DNA of 64,000 nt, taken from NCBI GenBank assembly GCA_022605425.2, contig CM061246.1, positions 124,001-188,000 on the forward strand, read 5' to 3'. Made by a program: the position numbers and the translations under genes. The DNA is from Hamiltosporidium tvaerminnensis FI-OER-3-3 (Eukaryota > Fungi > Microsporidia). The notes under the pieces are model-generated. The model was not told the origin of the DNA and did no database searches. It worked only from the letters and a program-made list of their open reading frames with translations. Each line of letters opens with the position of its first letter. Positions within the stretch are counted from its first letter, which is position 1. Below, one piece after another: positions 49,571 through 61,942 of this stretch.

Positions 49571-49799
49571 ACGATTTAGCAATATTTTTAAATTAAAAAA
49601 GAGTTTTTTGCAATTATTTCGGTCTAAAAACAATAAATATTTCATTGTCGTGGGATTTGTATAAATATTTTGTTTTTTTAGTTTTGATTTTTAATCATAT
49701 TTCTATTTATACTTTTTACAGTTTAACTAAGAATTATTCGTGATTTTAAAAACAATATTAAATAAAATGAAAAAAATCCATTTTTGAAGAATAATATAC

Positions 49800-51060
49800 C
49801 GTGTATCTCAACTAGTAATTGCATCTAATGGTCCTTAAAGTGTTTTTTTCTAATATTTTATCACAAACCATCCCAGGTTATAAATTTGTACTTATAAATA
49901 ATATATTATCTTTCTCTACATTATTTCCATAAATATAAAAGCTCTACTCATATTCACACTTTCTTGGGTTTTCAGTTTTCTTCATCTGAAGCAAATATTC
50001 ATTAAAAAAACAATTGTCTATCTCAATATTTTTAATTTATTTCATTTCTATTTATAACCATAGTGGAGGGAGGATAACCACTTAAAAAACTTTCTGCTTA
50101 GCAATGAGTGTGTGAAACTGGTGCAAGATTATTGTTTGGATTTTTGGTGGGAATATAACCACACTACATCTTCGGTTGTTCCATGGGAGTTGTTATGAGG
50201 AGGAGAGGTCTAAGAAATGGAGAAACTTTTTCTACGAATTTATTTGTAGTTTTTTATGTAACCAGATTGCAGACCGCAGCTGAACATGTAGGTAATTGCC
50301 ATGTAAAAGCATGGAAACCTAGCCTTGCTCACTCGGGTTAGAAGACTTGGCGCCTGGGAGATATAACAATTAAAACCATTTAAAGCCAGGAAAGCTAAGT
50401 AGCAGGTTATACTTGTTGGTATGACATTGCACTGTCTAGGTGAACCCCATGTAAATCTTTGAAATATATCTTAGGTAGAAGTTTATTGGGTTCAGGAAGT
50501 GTAGAGTAAGTGGGAATGCTGCATAGTCTCGGGGGAGCCCGTGTGAGGTTCGGCCTTCGATCACACTCCATACAACGGACATTAACGAACTCCGGGCAAC
50601 TGCCTCGCCTATTAATTAGGTTTTACACACCTGGTAGATGAAAGGTCCCGGGACGTAGGTATCGCAGGGGGTACTGCTGCTGTTTTGAGGTAGAAGTAAT
50701 TTATGTTAAACGTAGAACTGCGTTAATGTCCTCAAAACAAATATAACACTTGCCACTGTTTTAAAAAGATGTGATACTTTTAAATAAAGTTATTTTATAA
50801 TAATTATATCTTTTCTAATCATCAATACCGAGAGTACGAAAGGACTGGAATATGTAATTAAGAATATCTTATCTATCAACAAATTTGACATTAAATATCA
50901 TATTTTCCAATTCTAAAAACCATTTTTTTAAGAATTATTTGAACTGAGTAACTCCTAATTCGTTTTGAGGACTTAAATTTATATATATTAGTAAAAATTT
51001 TACTTTTCAATATAATATCTAGTATAGTCATGCCCAAGCATTTTCTCACACCGAGTCATA
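49800..51060 (-). mobile_element. Old family C copy interrupted by a family A insertion
   Basis: tcacaaaccatcccaggt (49861) and tgaactgagtaactcctaattcgtttt...tagtcatgcccaagcatttt (50940-51045) are colinear with 57140-57540. Confidence 0.65.
50063..50790 (+). mobile_element. Family A full-length copy
   Basis: Highly similar to 39000-39731 end to end. Confidence 0.95.
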
Positions 51061-51380
51061 CACATATATTCAGAATAATAAGGTATTTGTGCATTAATTG
51101 TTCTAAAATATATGCGTATGACTCTTTTTATTTCTTACATTCATTATATTTCATATTTTTCTATACATTTCATATATATCTCATCACCCATCGCTAACCT
51201 TCTTTCTTAATATTCATTACCCTCCCTTCATATTATATTCATTACCTCTTCCTTACTTTTCTTCCATATATCTTTCTTTCTTTATATCTCATTACCCTTA
51301 TTCTTCTATACATCGCATTACCCTTACATTTTTCTTAAAATTTATATTTTTCATTTAAAATAAAATAAATAAAAACACTC

Positions 51381-51389
51381 AAACCCATG
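51381..51389 (+). promoter_or_regulatory. Microsporidian CCC start-proximal motif (representative example)
   Basis: aaacccATG. CCC also lies within ~25 nt of the ATG in CCA1, H3, ERO1, TFIIS, RPL27, 27933, 34311, BRR2, ELP2 and RPT5; GGG in B56. Confidence 0.8.
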
Positions 51390-54214
51390 GAAAAACAAGA
51401 TGAAATAGAACTAATCCTTACCAGATTATCAGAAGCATCTCCTCAAATACAAACCACATCCCTACAATGCCTACAAAACCTAATAACAACATCACCCATC
51501 GTATTCAACCACCCATCCTTAAAACAGACACTTACTGATATTCTTCCTTCTCTAGACACACAAAACCAAAAATATTTATCAGATCTTCTTAGTTTTCTGT
51601 ATGTCGTTGAAGAAAACGACAGAAGTCTCCATTACAGACTGAATGGTGGTGTTGTTCCTATTTATACGTGTAATCATCAATATGTTGTTAAATTGTTACA
51701 TTCTATTCTTGAAATATCACCACGTACGAGTGTAGAAGACATACCGGTTAATGAACTACGTGAAATAGCCAAGCATTACAACATAATAATGTCATCTTCT
51801 ACTTCCTCTTCCACTTCAAATACTTCCTCTTCTTCTGTTTCTCTCCCTCCATCTTCCTCTCTTCCACCCTCTTCTTCCCTCCCTCTTAATAATCTTTCAA
51901 ATAATTTGCTTATTCTTGCAGTTGAATGCATTTCTTTTTTATTTTCTCACAATTCTGAATGTGAAGGAATAGATTTTCTTTTGGAATTAAATTTACTTTT
52001 TCTTGTCACAGAATATATAAACAGTCACAATTTTCAAAGAATAAAATTATATTTAAGTGAGATGTCTTATTATATACCAATAGGACACGAATTAATTTCA
52101 ATTTATACTGAACATAAGTGTTATGTAGATTTATTATTATTACATCTCAAATCTAATGACATATCTCATTGTATTCATGTGTTTAATATGGATATGCCTT
52201 ATAAAACGAGGTTACAGTGTGCTTTTATATTGGGAAGACTTGGGTTAGGAGACAGATTATTGGGGGTGTGAATAACACCCCGTTAATTACTGCAGCTTTA
52301 TCTAACACCCTTCTTTCTAAGACATTAAATTTTGTATTTGAAGATTTAGAAATAACACCTCCCAAACACATAACCGAATTTATAAAAGGAACCAATTTGT
52401 TGAAGCAGGACAAGGATTTAGCTTTAAAATCCTTTGTGTCTGTTTGTATTTCTAATGGGTTGGTACATATGGGATATACAAGAGATTTATTGTTTTTTCC
52501 TGGAGAAGAAGACAGTCACGAGCATCAAATAGAAGCGGGTCTTTTAAAAAGTGACAGAACCGAGTTAATCAGTTTACTTGGGTCGATGGGACTGATTTAT
52601 AGTTTTACAGGTAAAGGAATTGAAATTTTTAATGATGCAATATTTAATGGCGGTCCTTTTAGAAAAATGGGTGGTATTTTAGGTATGGCGATAGCTCAAG
52701 GTAAATTATACGATGAGAGTCACACTTTGATGGCAATTGTTAACGATTTAGAAAGTACAGAAAGTTTTATAGAAAAGCTTGTAATTCTTCTTTCTATAAA
52801 TATTGTGTATTGTAATACCAACAACGAAATGGCCGCAGAATTTATTGTAGATTTTATTTCTTGTACTGACAGCAGTGAAGTGATTGGTTATGGAATATTT
52901 GTGTTAGGCAGTGTTAAATGTGGTGTTGGTGATACAAGTATATTTGTTATTATGAGAGAGTTGTTGAGTAAGATTGATGTTAGTAATGGATTCTATTCCT
53001 ATGCACTTCTTGGTATGGGACTTCTATTTCTTGGATGTGGTGGTGAAATATTGGCTGATCAGTTTGGTTTAAGTATATCTGAGATACAAAACCAAGCTGT
53101 TATTTCAAATTGTGGTGATATAGAAGAAGAAATTAAGAGTGAAGAATCTGAGAACAAGTATTTTGGGAGTAAATCTGAGAATAAGTCAGGGAATAAATCT
53201 GGGAACAAATCTGGGAATAACAAAGACAATAACAAACCCAATAACAAACCAAATAACAAAGATATTAAAGATACCAAACATAAAGACAATAATGATGAAA
53301 ATATTCTTCACAGCAGTGACAATTTCATTGAAGGTGAAAATTCCTTTTCTTTTTTACCTCGTCCTGTACAAGTAATAATCAAGGGATGTGTATTTGTAGG
53401 AACAGGAAATACAACTCTTATAGAATCTATTCTAAGTGAGTGTATATCTTGTATGGATGATAAAATATTAATCGCTTGTTCTTTTATTTCTATTGCCTTA
53501 ATTTCTATGGGAGATGATTTGTGTGTAAAAATGGTTTTTAGATTATTAACTAGTTCTTGTTTATTAGAGAGTGGATATGTAAAACAAATGGTTAATATAT
53601 GTCTTGCCTTGTTATTTCCTAGTACCTGTGATTTAGATGTTATAGATTTTATAGGTAAACAAATTCATAGTCCTGATGAAGATATAATGTTAAGTGCTAT
53701 TGGTTCTTTAGGTGTTATTGGTAGTGGAAGTAATAACAGTAAAATTTCTAATTTATATGAATCTCTTTACAGTTACCATGGAAAGAATTTAAAGGTAATT
53801 TTTCTTGTTAAGGTAGTTCAAGGGTTATTACACTTAGGTAAGGGAATTTATGGGTTAAAGTGTTGGGGGTATGATAAGAGGGTGTTATTTAAGAGAGGTA
53901 TTATAGGGGTGTTATCTTACTTATGGTTATTTATAGGTGATGGTAGTTTAGGTGTTAAATATCCTTTTATGTTATATAATATAGTAACAGGTGTTAGTCC
54001 TAAGTATGTTGTTACAGTGGATGAAGAGGGTAATTATTTGAAGGGAGGTGTTAAGGTAGGTAATGATGTTAATGTTGTTGGAGTAGCTGGGCATCCTAGA
54101 AGGATATGTGGTGTACAGGTTCATAATTTACCTGTTATATTGGGAGAAGGTGAGAGAGCTGAGGTTGAGGATTGTGGGGATGTTGTTTATGTTGAAGATG
54201 TTGTTGTTGTGTAA
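51387..54214 (+). CDS. RPN1: 26S proteasome subunit Rpn1 (PSMD2), split by a 1-nt frameshift at the G5 run 52262-52266
   Basis: HQYV.KL, HNSECEGIDFLLE, QCAFILGR, PC repeats, GSGSNNSKI, QGLLHLGKG, VKVG..V.VVGVAGHPRRI.G.Q.H..PV.LGEGERAE. Confidence 0.92.
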
Positions 54215-54313
54215 TAAAGAGATGTTCTTTTAGATTTTATTTATTTATATTTGTATGATGTGGAGCTTTGTCTTAGGTTTTCTTGTATTTTGTTTATTTA
54301 TTTATTCTTTTTT

Positions 54314-54478
54314 TTGTCTTATATTTTGTTTATGCGTTTGTAAGTTTAAATTTTTTTTAAAGTGGTTTTTTTATAGGTTCGGTAAGAGTCTGTAAGGTTG
54401 TCTTATATTTTGTTTATGCGTTTGTAAGTTTAAATTTTTTTTAAAGTGGTTTTTTTATAGGTTTGGTAAGAGTCTGTA
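54314..54478. repeat. 84 bp tandem duplication between convergent RPN1 and ELP2
   Basis: ttgtcttatattttgtttatgcgtttgtaagttt...ggtaagagtctgta x2. Confidence 0.92.
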
Positions 54479-54621
54479 GAGTTAAATTTTTTAATAGTTT
54501 TTTAGTTATAAAATTGGTTTTTTTTTAGAATGTTTTATTTACTTAAAGATTATTTATATAAGAGTTATATGTTTAATACAAATTAAAGTGTTTTTAAAAA
54601 TATAAAATATTTTTTTATTTT

Positions 54622-56595
54622 TTATATGGAAATTTGAAAAACTTGTATTAAAGAATCTTTACCACCGGTGGCTAGAAGAGTACCATGTTGATCAAATTCC
54701 AAAACATTGATACGGTTGGTGTGTGCTTGTATCTTACTATGGAATACTATTTGATTATAAAATGTGTATAAAAATATCTCGCCGTTTTCTGTTCCGATTG
54801 CTAGTATTTTATTACCGAATGAGATTGTGGTTGCTTCGGATGTAAAAGTATTTTCAAATATTAATTTAAGTGTTGGTATTTGATAAATGAATACTTTTTT
54901 GTCTCGAGACACTGTGGCAACTAAATTTTCGGTTGGTGAGAAACTACAGTCCCATATGCATCTTTTATGGTCAGTGAGTGTTTGGAGAAGAGATATGTAT
55001 GGGTATGTGGTGGTTACTTTATAAATACTTGCTGTTTTGTCTCTGGAAACTGCCATTAAATAGTTGAATTGGGGTGAGAATCTTATACGTTGGATTCCTA
55101 GTCGGTGAACTTTTATGTAATTTAATTTTTGAAACGAATGAGAAGTAATAAAAATGCCTGAGAAATCTAAAGACGAAGATTTGTTGACTGATGCGATGAA
55201 ATATGGTGAGACGGCGATATCTTCAATTTCAAAGTAATGAATAAATATTTTGGATATTTCGTGAAAGAGTGTGGAGTGTGTCAGAGTGTATTCGTTTATT
55301 TGTAAATCCGATGTGTGATAGTCATTGGATATTTCGTTGGTCAGTGAAAGTTCTGAGTGGATGGATTTTGGTTTATAAATTTTTAAATCTGATTGGTGAC
55401 TGATCGTTGAAAAATCGAATTCGTGATTCTTTATAAAAATTTGTGTGGCCTGGAAAACACGAAGTTGGGTTTCTTGGCCGGCGCTGATAAAACTAAAGGT
55501 GTCTTTTTTTAGAAACCGTGCTACTTTTAAAGGATATCCGTGTATTTGTGCGCGTGCTATTTCTTTTTGCGAATTTATATTAAATATACGGGCTGTGGAG
55601 TCCAAGGATGTAGAGAGAAGATAGTTGTTGTACCAATCGAGACTTGTTATTTCGTCTTGGTGTCCTGAGGTGCAGTAGACCAGAGAATTTGATGTGTATT
55701 TGTAAAAACCACCAAAGTAGGATAAACAAAATAGACTGTCTTTAGATTTTACGATGTCAAAAAAACCCTGGTTTTTCGATGCGATCCCGCCTAATCTAAT
55801 ATCGTTGGACCAATCGTTGTTTTTATATTTCCATAAAATACAAGAATCATCTTGAGAAACAGAATAAATGTCGTCTTCTTCTGTCCAAATACAATTATAA
55901 ATCCAATCTCTATGGCCAGAGAGTGTCTTTACGAGTGTAATTGAATATGATGTGTGATCCATAATAAATAATTTATCACCGTTTTCATTTCTGTTTATTT
56001 TCCATATTTTTATAAATTTGTCTTGAGATGCTGTCAAAAAATATATATCTTCTTTGATATAGTGACACTTTATAGTTGTAATACTGTCTTTATGAGCATT
56101 AAATGTAAGTTTTGGTGTAAAATTTGAATTATTTATTTGAAAAACAATAATATTGCCAGAATATGTTCCAGTCACTTGTAAATATTCATTGTTTAGGTAA
56201 AATATGTCTCCACAAGTTATAAGTTCGTTTTTAATTTCAAAATATTTTACTGCTTTTGATTCTAGAAAATATATTTTGTTAAAACTTCCACAAATATAAA
56301 TATCTTTGTGTGGTATTTTAGAGATTAATTGGACTGAGTCATCAAGTTTAAATGTTTTTAACTGTTGATGTGTATAAAAATCGTAAACGTTTATGTTTCC
56401 TTGATCGTCACCAGCGATAATCATATCATCTATACAATTCAAAACAGTTATAAGAGATTGATTGGTGATTATTACTTCCTTTTTATTTTTAAGAAGAATG
56501 ATATTATTTTTTGCTGCAAATATAAGTGTATCGTTATAATAACAAGTTACATGGTTTCTTCTTGTAGAGCCAGCAGCTAAAAATATATTTTCCAT
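54622..56595 (-). CDS. ELP2: Elongator complex subunit Elp2 (WD40)
   Basis: TASQDKFIKIW, GHRDWI, RLGGI, ARAQIHGYPL, LSLTN, HRLGIQRIRFSP, AVSRD, HKRCIWDC. Confidence 0.9.
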   Translation of the reverse strand: MENIFLAAGSTRRNHVTCYYNDTLIFAAKNNIILLKNKKEVIITNQSLITVLNCIDDMIIAGDDQGNINVYDFYTHQQLKTFKLDDSVQLISKIPHKDIYICGSFNKIYFLESKAVKYFEIKNELITCGDIFYLNNEYLQVTGTYSGNIIVFQINNSNFTPKLTFNAHKDSITTIKCHYIKEDIYFLTASQDKFIKIWKINRNENGDKLFIMDHTSYSITLVKTLSGHRDWIYNCIWTEEDDIYSVSQDDSCILWKYKNNDWSNDIRLGGIASKNQGFFDIVKSKDSLFCLSYFGGFYKYTSNSLVYCTSGHQDEITSLDWYNNYLLSTSLDSTARIFNINSQKEIARAQIHGYPLKVARFLKKDTFSFISAGQETQLRVFQATQIFIKNHEFDFSTISHQSDLKIYKPKSIHSELSLTNEISNDYHTSDLQINEYTLTHSTLFHEISKIFIHYFEIEDIAVSPYFIASVNKSSSLDFSGIFITSHSFQKLNYIKVHRLGIQRIRFSPQFNYLMAVSRDKTASIYKVTTTYPYISLLQTLTDHKRCIWDCSFSPTENLVATVSRDKKVFIYQIPTLKLIFENTFTSEATTISFGNKILAIGTENGEIFLYTFYNQIVFHSKIQAHTNRINVLEFDQHGTLLATGGKDSLIQVFQISI

Positions 56596-56719
56596 TAATA
56601 ATGGGTTTTCTAAATATTTTATTTTCCAAGAATTTAAATCAATTTTAATTTTGCGAAATTATAAAAAAACTATTTAAAAATAAAAAATTGAAGATTTTTG
56701 TTTCAAGATACTTAAATTA

Positions 56720-57671
56720 TTTAATAAAATTCTGGGTTAAAATATTTTTACCATTTTTATATGTTTTCTTCTACCTCTTTAACCAATTTTGTTTCTTCTT
56801 CCGAATCCGACTCTTTATTTATGTTATTGGTCGGTTCCTCTAAAGTGGTTCCTCCTTGTGAAATAAAGGGTGCTTTATTTTTTGGTTTAAAATTTTTTGC
56901 ACCATCTTATTCTCTCTTCTCTTCTTTTGAAGGGGGTGTTGGATCCTCATGCATCTCTGCTCTCATAATAACACCCATTGACGCTCTCTCCCAGCTCTCT
57001 TCGGCATTTAGTCCTGACTCAAGTCCTCTTCGTCGATCAGAAGAAATTGTTTCGACGGTCTTCTTAAGTACTATAGACTGAATGTATACCTCTACTTTAT
57101 GTGTATTTCTAGTTTTTTAAGATAAGATTTATGGTATTTTGTCACAATACTGTCCCAGGTCATCACATGGGATTATCTCAACATTACACTTATAAATAAG
57201 ACCTAACTCATTGGCTAGCAGGTCATACTTCCTAAGTTTTTCCGTTTCAACTATTTGAAGTGAATTTTGGGAAGTGATTCCTACTTTAATGTGTGTTATC
57301 TTATTCTTCTTCTTATCTAAAATAAATATTTCGGGTCTGTTATTCCGAATTTTAACATCAGTTTTTATTCTGGTGTTCACTCTTATCTCTGCATACTCAT
57401 TATCAAAAATTTCTTGAACTGAGTGATACCTAATTCGTTTTAAAGACTTAAACTTATATCTATTTAAGAGATGTAAGTGTAGGCATCTAACCACCTCATT
57501 ATGCCGTCTGGTGTAGTCAGGACCTAGAATTTTTTCACATTTAGTTGCTAGATGATCTACAGTCTTACCAGACTTCCCGCATTGTTGACACATACCATCT
57601 GCTCCCCATAATACATTTCTATCCTGGATATAGCAGAACACTGCTTTATTTCGTGGCCTAATATTCCCTTT
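56720..57671 (-). mobile_element. Family C 5'-truncated copy with CCHC and RLE domains
   Basis: CQQCGKSGKTVDHLATKC, YTRRHNEVV, RPEIFILD, K..KY; TSD aagatacttaa at 56705-56715 and 57672-57682. Confidence 0.92.
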
Positions 57672-59197
57672 AAGATACTTAATAATTTTATTAGAAAATA
57701 ATATTTACTGAATAATTATAAGTATTAATTTGAACGAAGTTCTTAGGAAATGGTTTGGAATAATTAGATCAATTTTTATTTAAATATTTGTTATTAACCT
57801 ACTATTTACCCGAAATAATTAATTTGTATTTGGATGGTATAAGAACGAGTCTGGATTTAAAACCAATATTGATTTAATAGATACAAAATAATTTTAATGA
57901 TTTAGTTAAAATTTTTATGTTAAAAATACGACTGCTATTTTAAAGAAAGATATCTTATCTCTAGATAAGTCAAATTTCAAAAAATTAAATAAGAATTTGT
58001 CACTTACGGCGATTTCCTGGTCCTTAATACTTTTAAAAAAACGAATTTGTGAGATCAACTTTTTTATCAAAACTGATAGTTTTTTTCAAATCGTAAAAAA
58101 TGATAATTTACTCATCTATGGCTAAATTGAAAATATTTCGGTTGAGGCTAAATAAAAAAAGAGTAATCGTTCAAAGTATTCTTTATGTTAAAAGAAGAAA
58201 CCTTCTATTATTGTTTATATCTCTTTAATAAAAATTATTTTGTTTTTAATACAATTAATTAGATTTTAGAATTTTTTAATAGAATATATTGAGTCTAATT
58301 TTAATGATAATACGAATTAATTTATTTCTGAATATTTTGTAGAAAAAAATTTAAAAAAGAGAATTCTGTTAATATTATTTCATTAAGCTGTTGGTTTAAG
58401 TCTATAATTAACCAAAAAAGAAAAATAAAATAATATTTCTAATAATCTATCTTTAATTTATATTTGAGTTACTTTAATTTATATACTTCGATTTATAAGA
58501 TCTTTTTTTTCGATAATCTGTTGGAAGATAGACGACCAAGAAATATCGTTAAGAAAAAGGATTAATGAAAAAAGGATTTTAACAAAGACTAAAGTCATAT
58601 ATATATGTAACACAGTCTATTTTATCATTGGTTTGCCGCAAAACACAGTATACCATCTTATTTTTGTTCAATGATGTGTTTGTCTGGATATCGAAATTTA
58701 ACTACGACGGACTTGCGTCTGACTTTTGGCGTTCACTTTTTTTCGTTTTAATTAGATGCTTTGTATTGGGCTGAAAACTGAACTATCGAGATCAAAATTT
58801 GAAATGCGCTTTAATAAAATGGGAATGATTTAATTCTTTTCGAATCTTGTTCGTATCTGTAGTAAAAAAAAACGATTAAAACAGTGCAATTATGGGTTGG
58901 TGCAAAATTTTTGGAAAGGATAAAGTTTCCACGATTTCATTTGTACAGTAAAGTACTGAGAATAATTTTTAATTACTTATTTCAAAATTCTTTGAATTAA
59001 AAGATCAGAAACCTCATAAAAAATTGTAAAAAAAGCAAGAAAAGTTTGTTCGAACCAACACAAAAAAAATAATTATTTATCTTTCATTTTTTGAAACGAA
59101 AGCGATTAATAATGTCTACTTAGAATTTCATTTGTTAATAATTTTGAAATATATTTTAAATATACTTTAACTGAAGAAATATTCCTTATCTTTGTAT

Positions 59198-59430
59198 ATT
59201 CATCATTCATTCATCCTTAACACTACAGCCCCGTAAGCCTTGGTCTCCCTTATTTATACCGCCCACCAGCCTTTTTCCAGTGGGTTTGTTTACTTATCGG
59301 GTTTCGTAACAAGGTAGTTTTAAGAGCGGGTTGTTAGCCCTACGCCCAACATGAAGGATCAGTCTATTTTAGTCGCCTCTTAAGACAAGCAGAGAATAAT
59401 ACATGCCATTCTGCTCCCTGCATCGAGGGA
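59198..59430 (-). mobile_element. Family B copy
   Basis: (attc)n tail, cactacagccc, ttagccctacgcccaac, tttagtcgcctctta on + strand. Confidence 0.88.
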
Positions 59431-60164
59431 AACCATTATAATCTCATGAAACTCTTAATTTTAGTAATTTCTAGTCTATTAATTTTAGGATTTTTTTTAT
59501 TTAAATCAAAATTCTTTTCGTCATACTAATACTATAAGAAGAGGTTGTTCAGATTCATGTTTACAGGTTGTATATTTATCGTTCTTACTTTTGTAAAGTA
59601 TCATGGGCTCTAAAATTAGCTTCTTAATGAAATTCAGAAATTATCTTATCGAATAACGTTTTAAGCTTAACTCAACTATAGTATATTTCTTCTCGGTGAT
59701 TTTATAATTCGTCGAGAGATAATTAAAAACAAAAAAAATAACTATCTTATCTTTGGCATAAAATATTTAATAATTTTTTAGGTGTCCGAATATTTTGGCA
59801 TTTTAAAAAGATATCAGTCCAAATGTATTACTAGAGGCTATAAACAAACGCAATAAGGAACAATATAGACAGAAAATATTATAACTCATTATTTCCAGCA
59901 AAAAGATTTAAATTCTTATTAAAAATATTATAAAAATTTAGAATATTTTGTGTGTCCGGATATTTATTTGACATACAATACAGTATTTGAAAAAATAATC
60001 TAACAAAAAATTTCTCAAGAGTAATATATAAAGTCATTATCTGATATTTTCAAGAGCTAGTGTGTTTGAACTGTTTAAAGGGTTCTTTATATTTTTTTTG
60101 AAAGGGTTATCTTCTTTAATCCAAGGCTTATCTTAAAATTGCTTATTATCGTCAAAGGTTTCAG

Positions 60165-60875
60165 GTAATAAAGGAAAGATGACCACATTTCGAGCTATCT
60201 ACTAGGCGACGATTAAGTAAAATTGGTGCAAAAATCATTATTTTGGTTTTTTGGGATGAAAAATACACCATGTTTTGCGGCTCTATATGGGAATTAGAAA
60301 TGAAAAGTAGATCTAAAAAATTATGAAAATTTTTGTGAAAAGAAATTAATGGCTTTTTATGTTACAAGAATGAAAAAAAGTTCTTGGCAGTAATCTCTAC
60401 CTAAAATAATGAACCACTAGCTCTTGCTCACTCGGGTTTAAAGGCTTAGCTCTTAAGAGAAACAAAACACCTTCTTTCGAAAGCCAAGAATCTTAACCAA
60501 CAGGTTATAATAGTTATTATGTCATTGAAACCTCCAGACTATCTTCATATAAGTCATAAGAATATTACCTATGTGGTAGTTAATTCGGTTCGGGAAGCAA
60601 AGTGAAGGCAGCAGGGGTGCTGGTCTTTGGATACAAGGGTAATATTCGGCAAAAATCGCATACCATGCACCTATATTAACAAACTCGGATAATTTCCGCA
60701 TTCATTAAAATATTTCAATGATTTTTTAAAGAAAATCTCTGAGATATAGCTATTTTTAGGATACCGATGGAGTTTTGGGTTAGGAATTATTTATGTTAAG
60801 CCTAGAACTGCGTTAATTTCATGCCAACCATATAGCTTTGTTATTTTATAAAAGGATTTACTTTTCGAATAAGGA
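60165..60875 (+). mobile_element. Family A, old full-length diverged copy
   Basis: cttgctcactcgggttta and atttatgttaagcctagaactgcgttaat conserved; head remnant gaccacatt at ~60181. Confidence 0.78.
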
Positions 60876-61942
60876 GATTAGCGTGTGTATTTACGTTTTT
60901 TATATCAATTTTTCGGAAAAGAGTTTTTGATTTTAAATTCTACCTTTGATCATAAAAATCGGTCTATTTTAATTGTGTCACATGACCAAGGAAATTACAA
61001 GGCGAATTTATAAACTTCTTATTCTTTGGTAAGTATATTTAGTTCCATCATTTCATATACACTTAATCAAATAAAAAACAGAGTTAAAAAATGTATCCAA
61101 TATATTTAAGAAAAAACATTCAATACAACTCATTGGTTTGACTTTAAGATATAATATTTAAAAATCATATTAAATAATTTACAGATTTTATTATTGTGTT
61201 GAACAATTTATATCTTTTAAATTGAAAATATTTCTAAAATGAATGTATCAATTGGTCCAATTAAATTCAAAAGATCAAGTCAATTTTGGTTTAGTAAAAC
61301 TAATTAGAGCTAAAAAATACCAAATATATTCAAAAATATCATGCAAGGATGTAAATGAATGAAAACATATATATAAACTCTCTGTATTCTCTGTATATAT
61401 GCCCGAATTTATATGAGAATACCAAATTAAAATATTTGGAATGGTTATATGTATCAAGAAAGATTTCTAATCAATAAAGTCGATTAAAAGTATAAAATGT
61501 GAATTCAACATAATTAGTAGGTTTGTAGCTAAAATATTTAAATTTGAAATAAATTTTAATTTTGAATTACATGCAATATATGTAGCTTTTGAAACTTTTA
61601 AATAATTTAACTAAATAATTATAAATAGATTTATTTTTAAGGTTTTGAAAAGATTTTCTACATTCCTCAAAGCTAAATATAATTGCCAGGTGTGTCGTTT
61701 TTTTAGTATCTGATTTGCCTAATCTAACCAAATGGTTTATTTATGTAGCAAAATGAATAAATAAATAATAAATAAACAAAGAAACCTAAGAGTAAAAGTC
61801 TCTTCAAAAATATTTTTTTATAAAAAAACAAATCATTTTTTTCTATAAAATTCTTTAAAAAAAAATAACAAATAAATTTACTTTTAAAATCGATTTCTGA
61901 ATAAATAAAACCTTTTTTAAACAAGAAATTGTGTACCCCTTT

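Noticed and set aside
52266-52295. Short GT..AG intron to repair RPN1
   Set aside because: Candidate lengths (28, 30, 52 nt) do not restore the frame
58500-58950. Slightly GC-richer stretch, possible pseudogene
   Set aside because: No recognisable motif in the minus-strand frame I translated, and no ORF in the track
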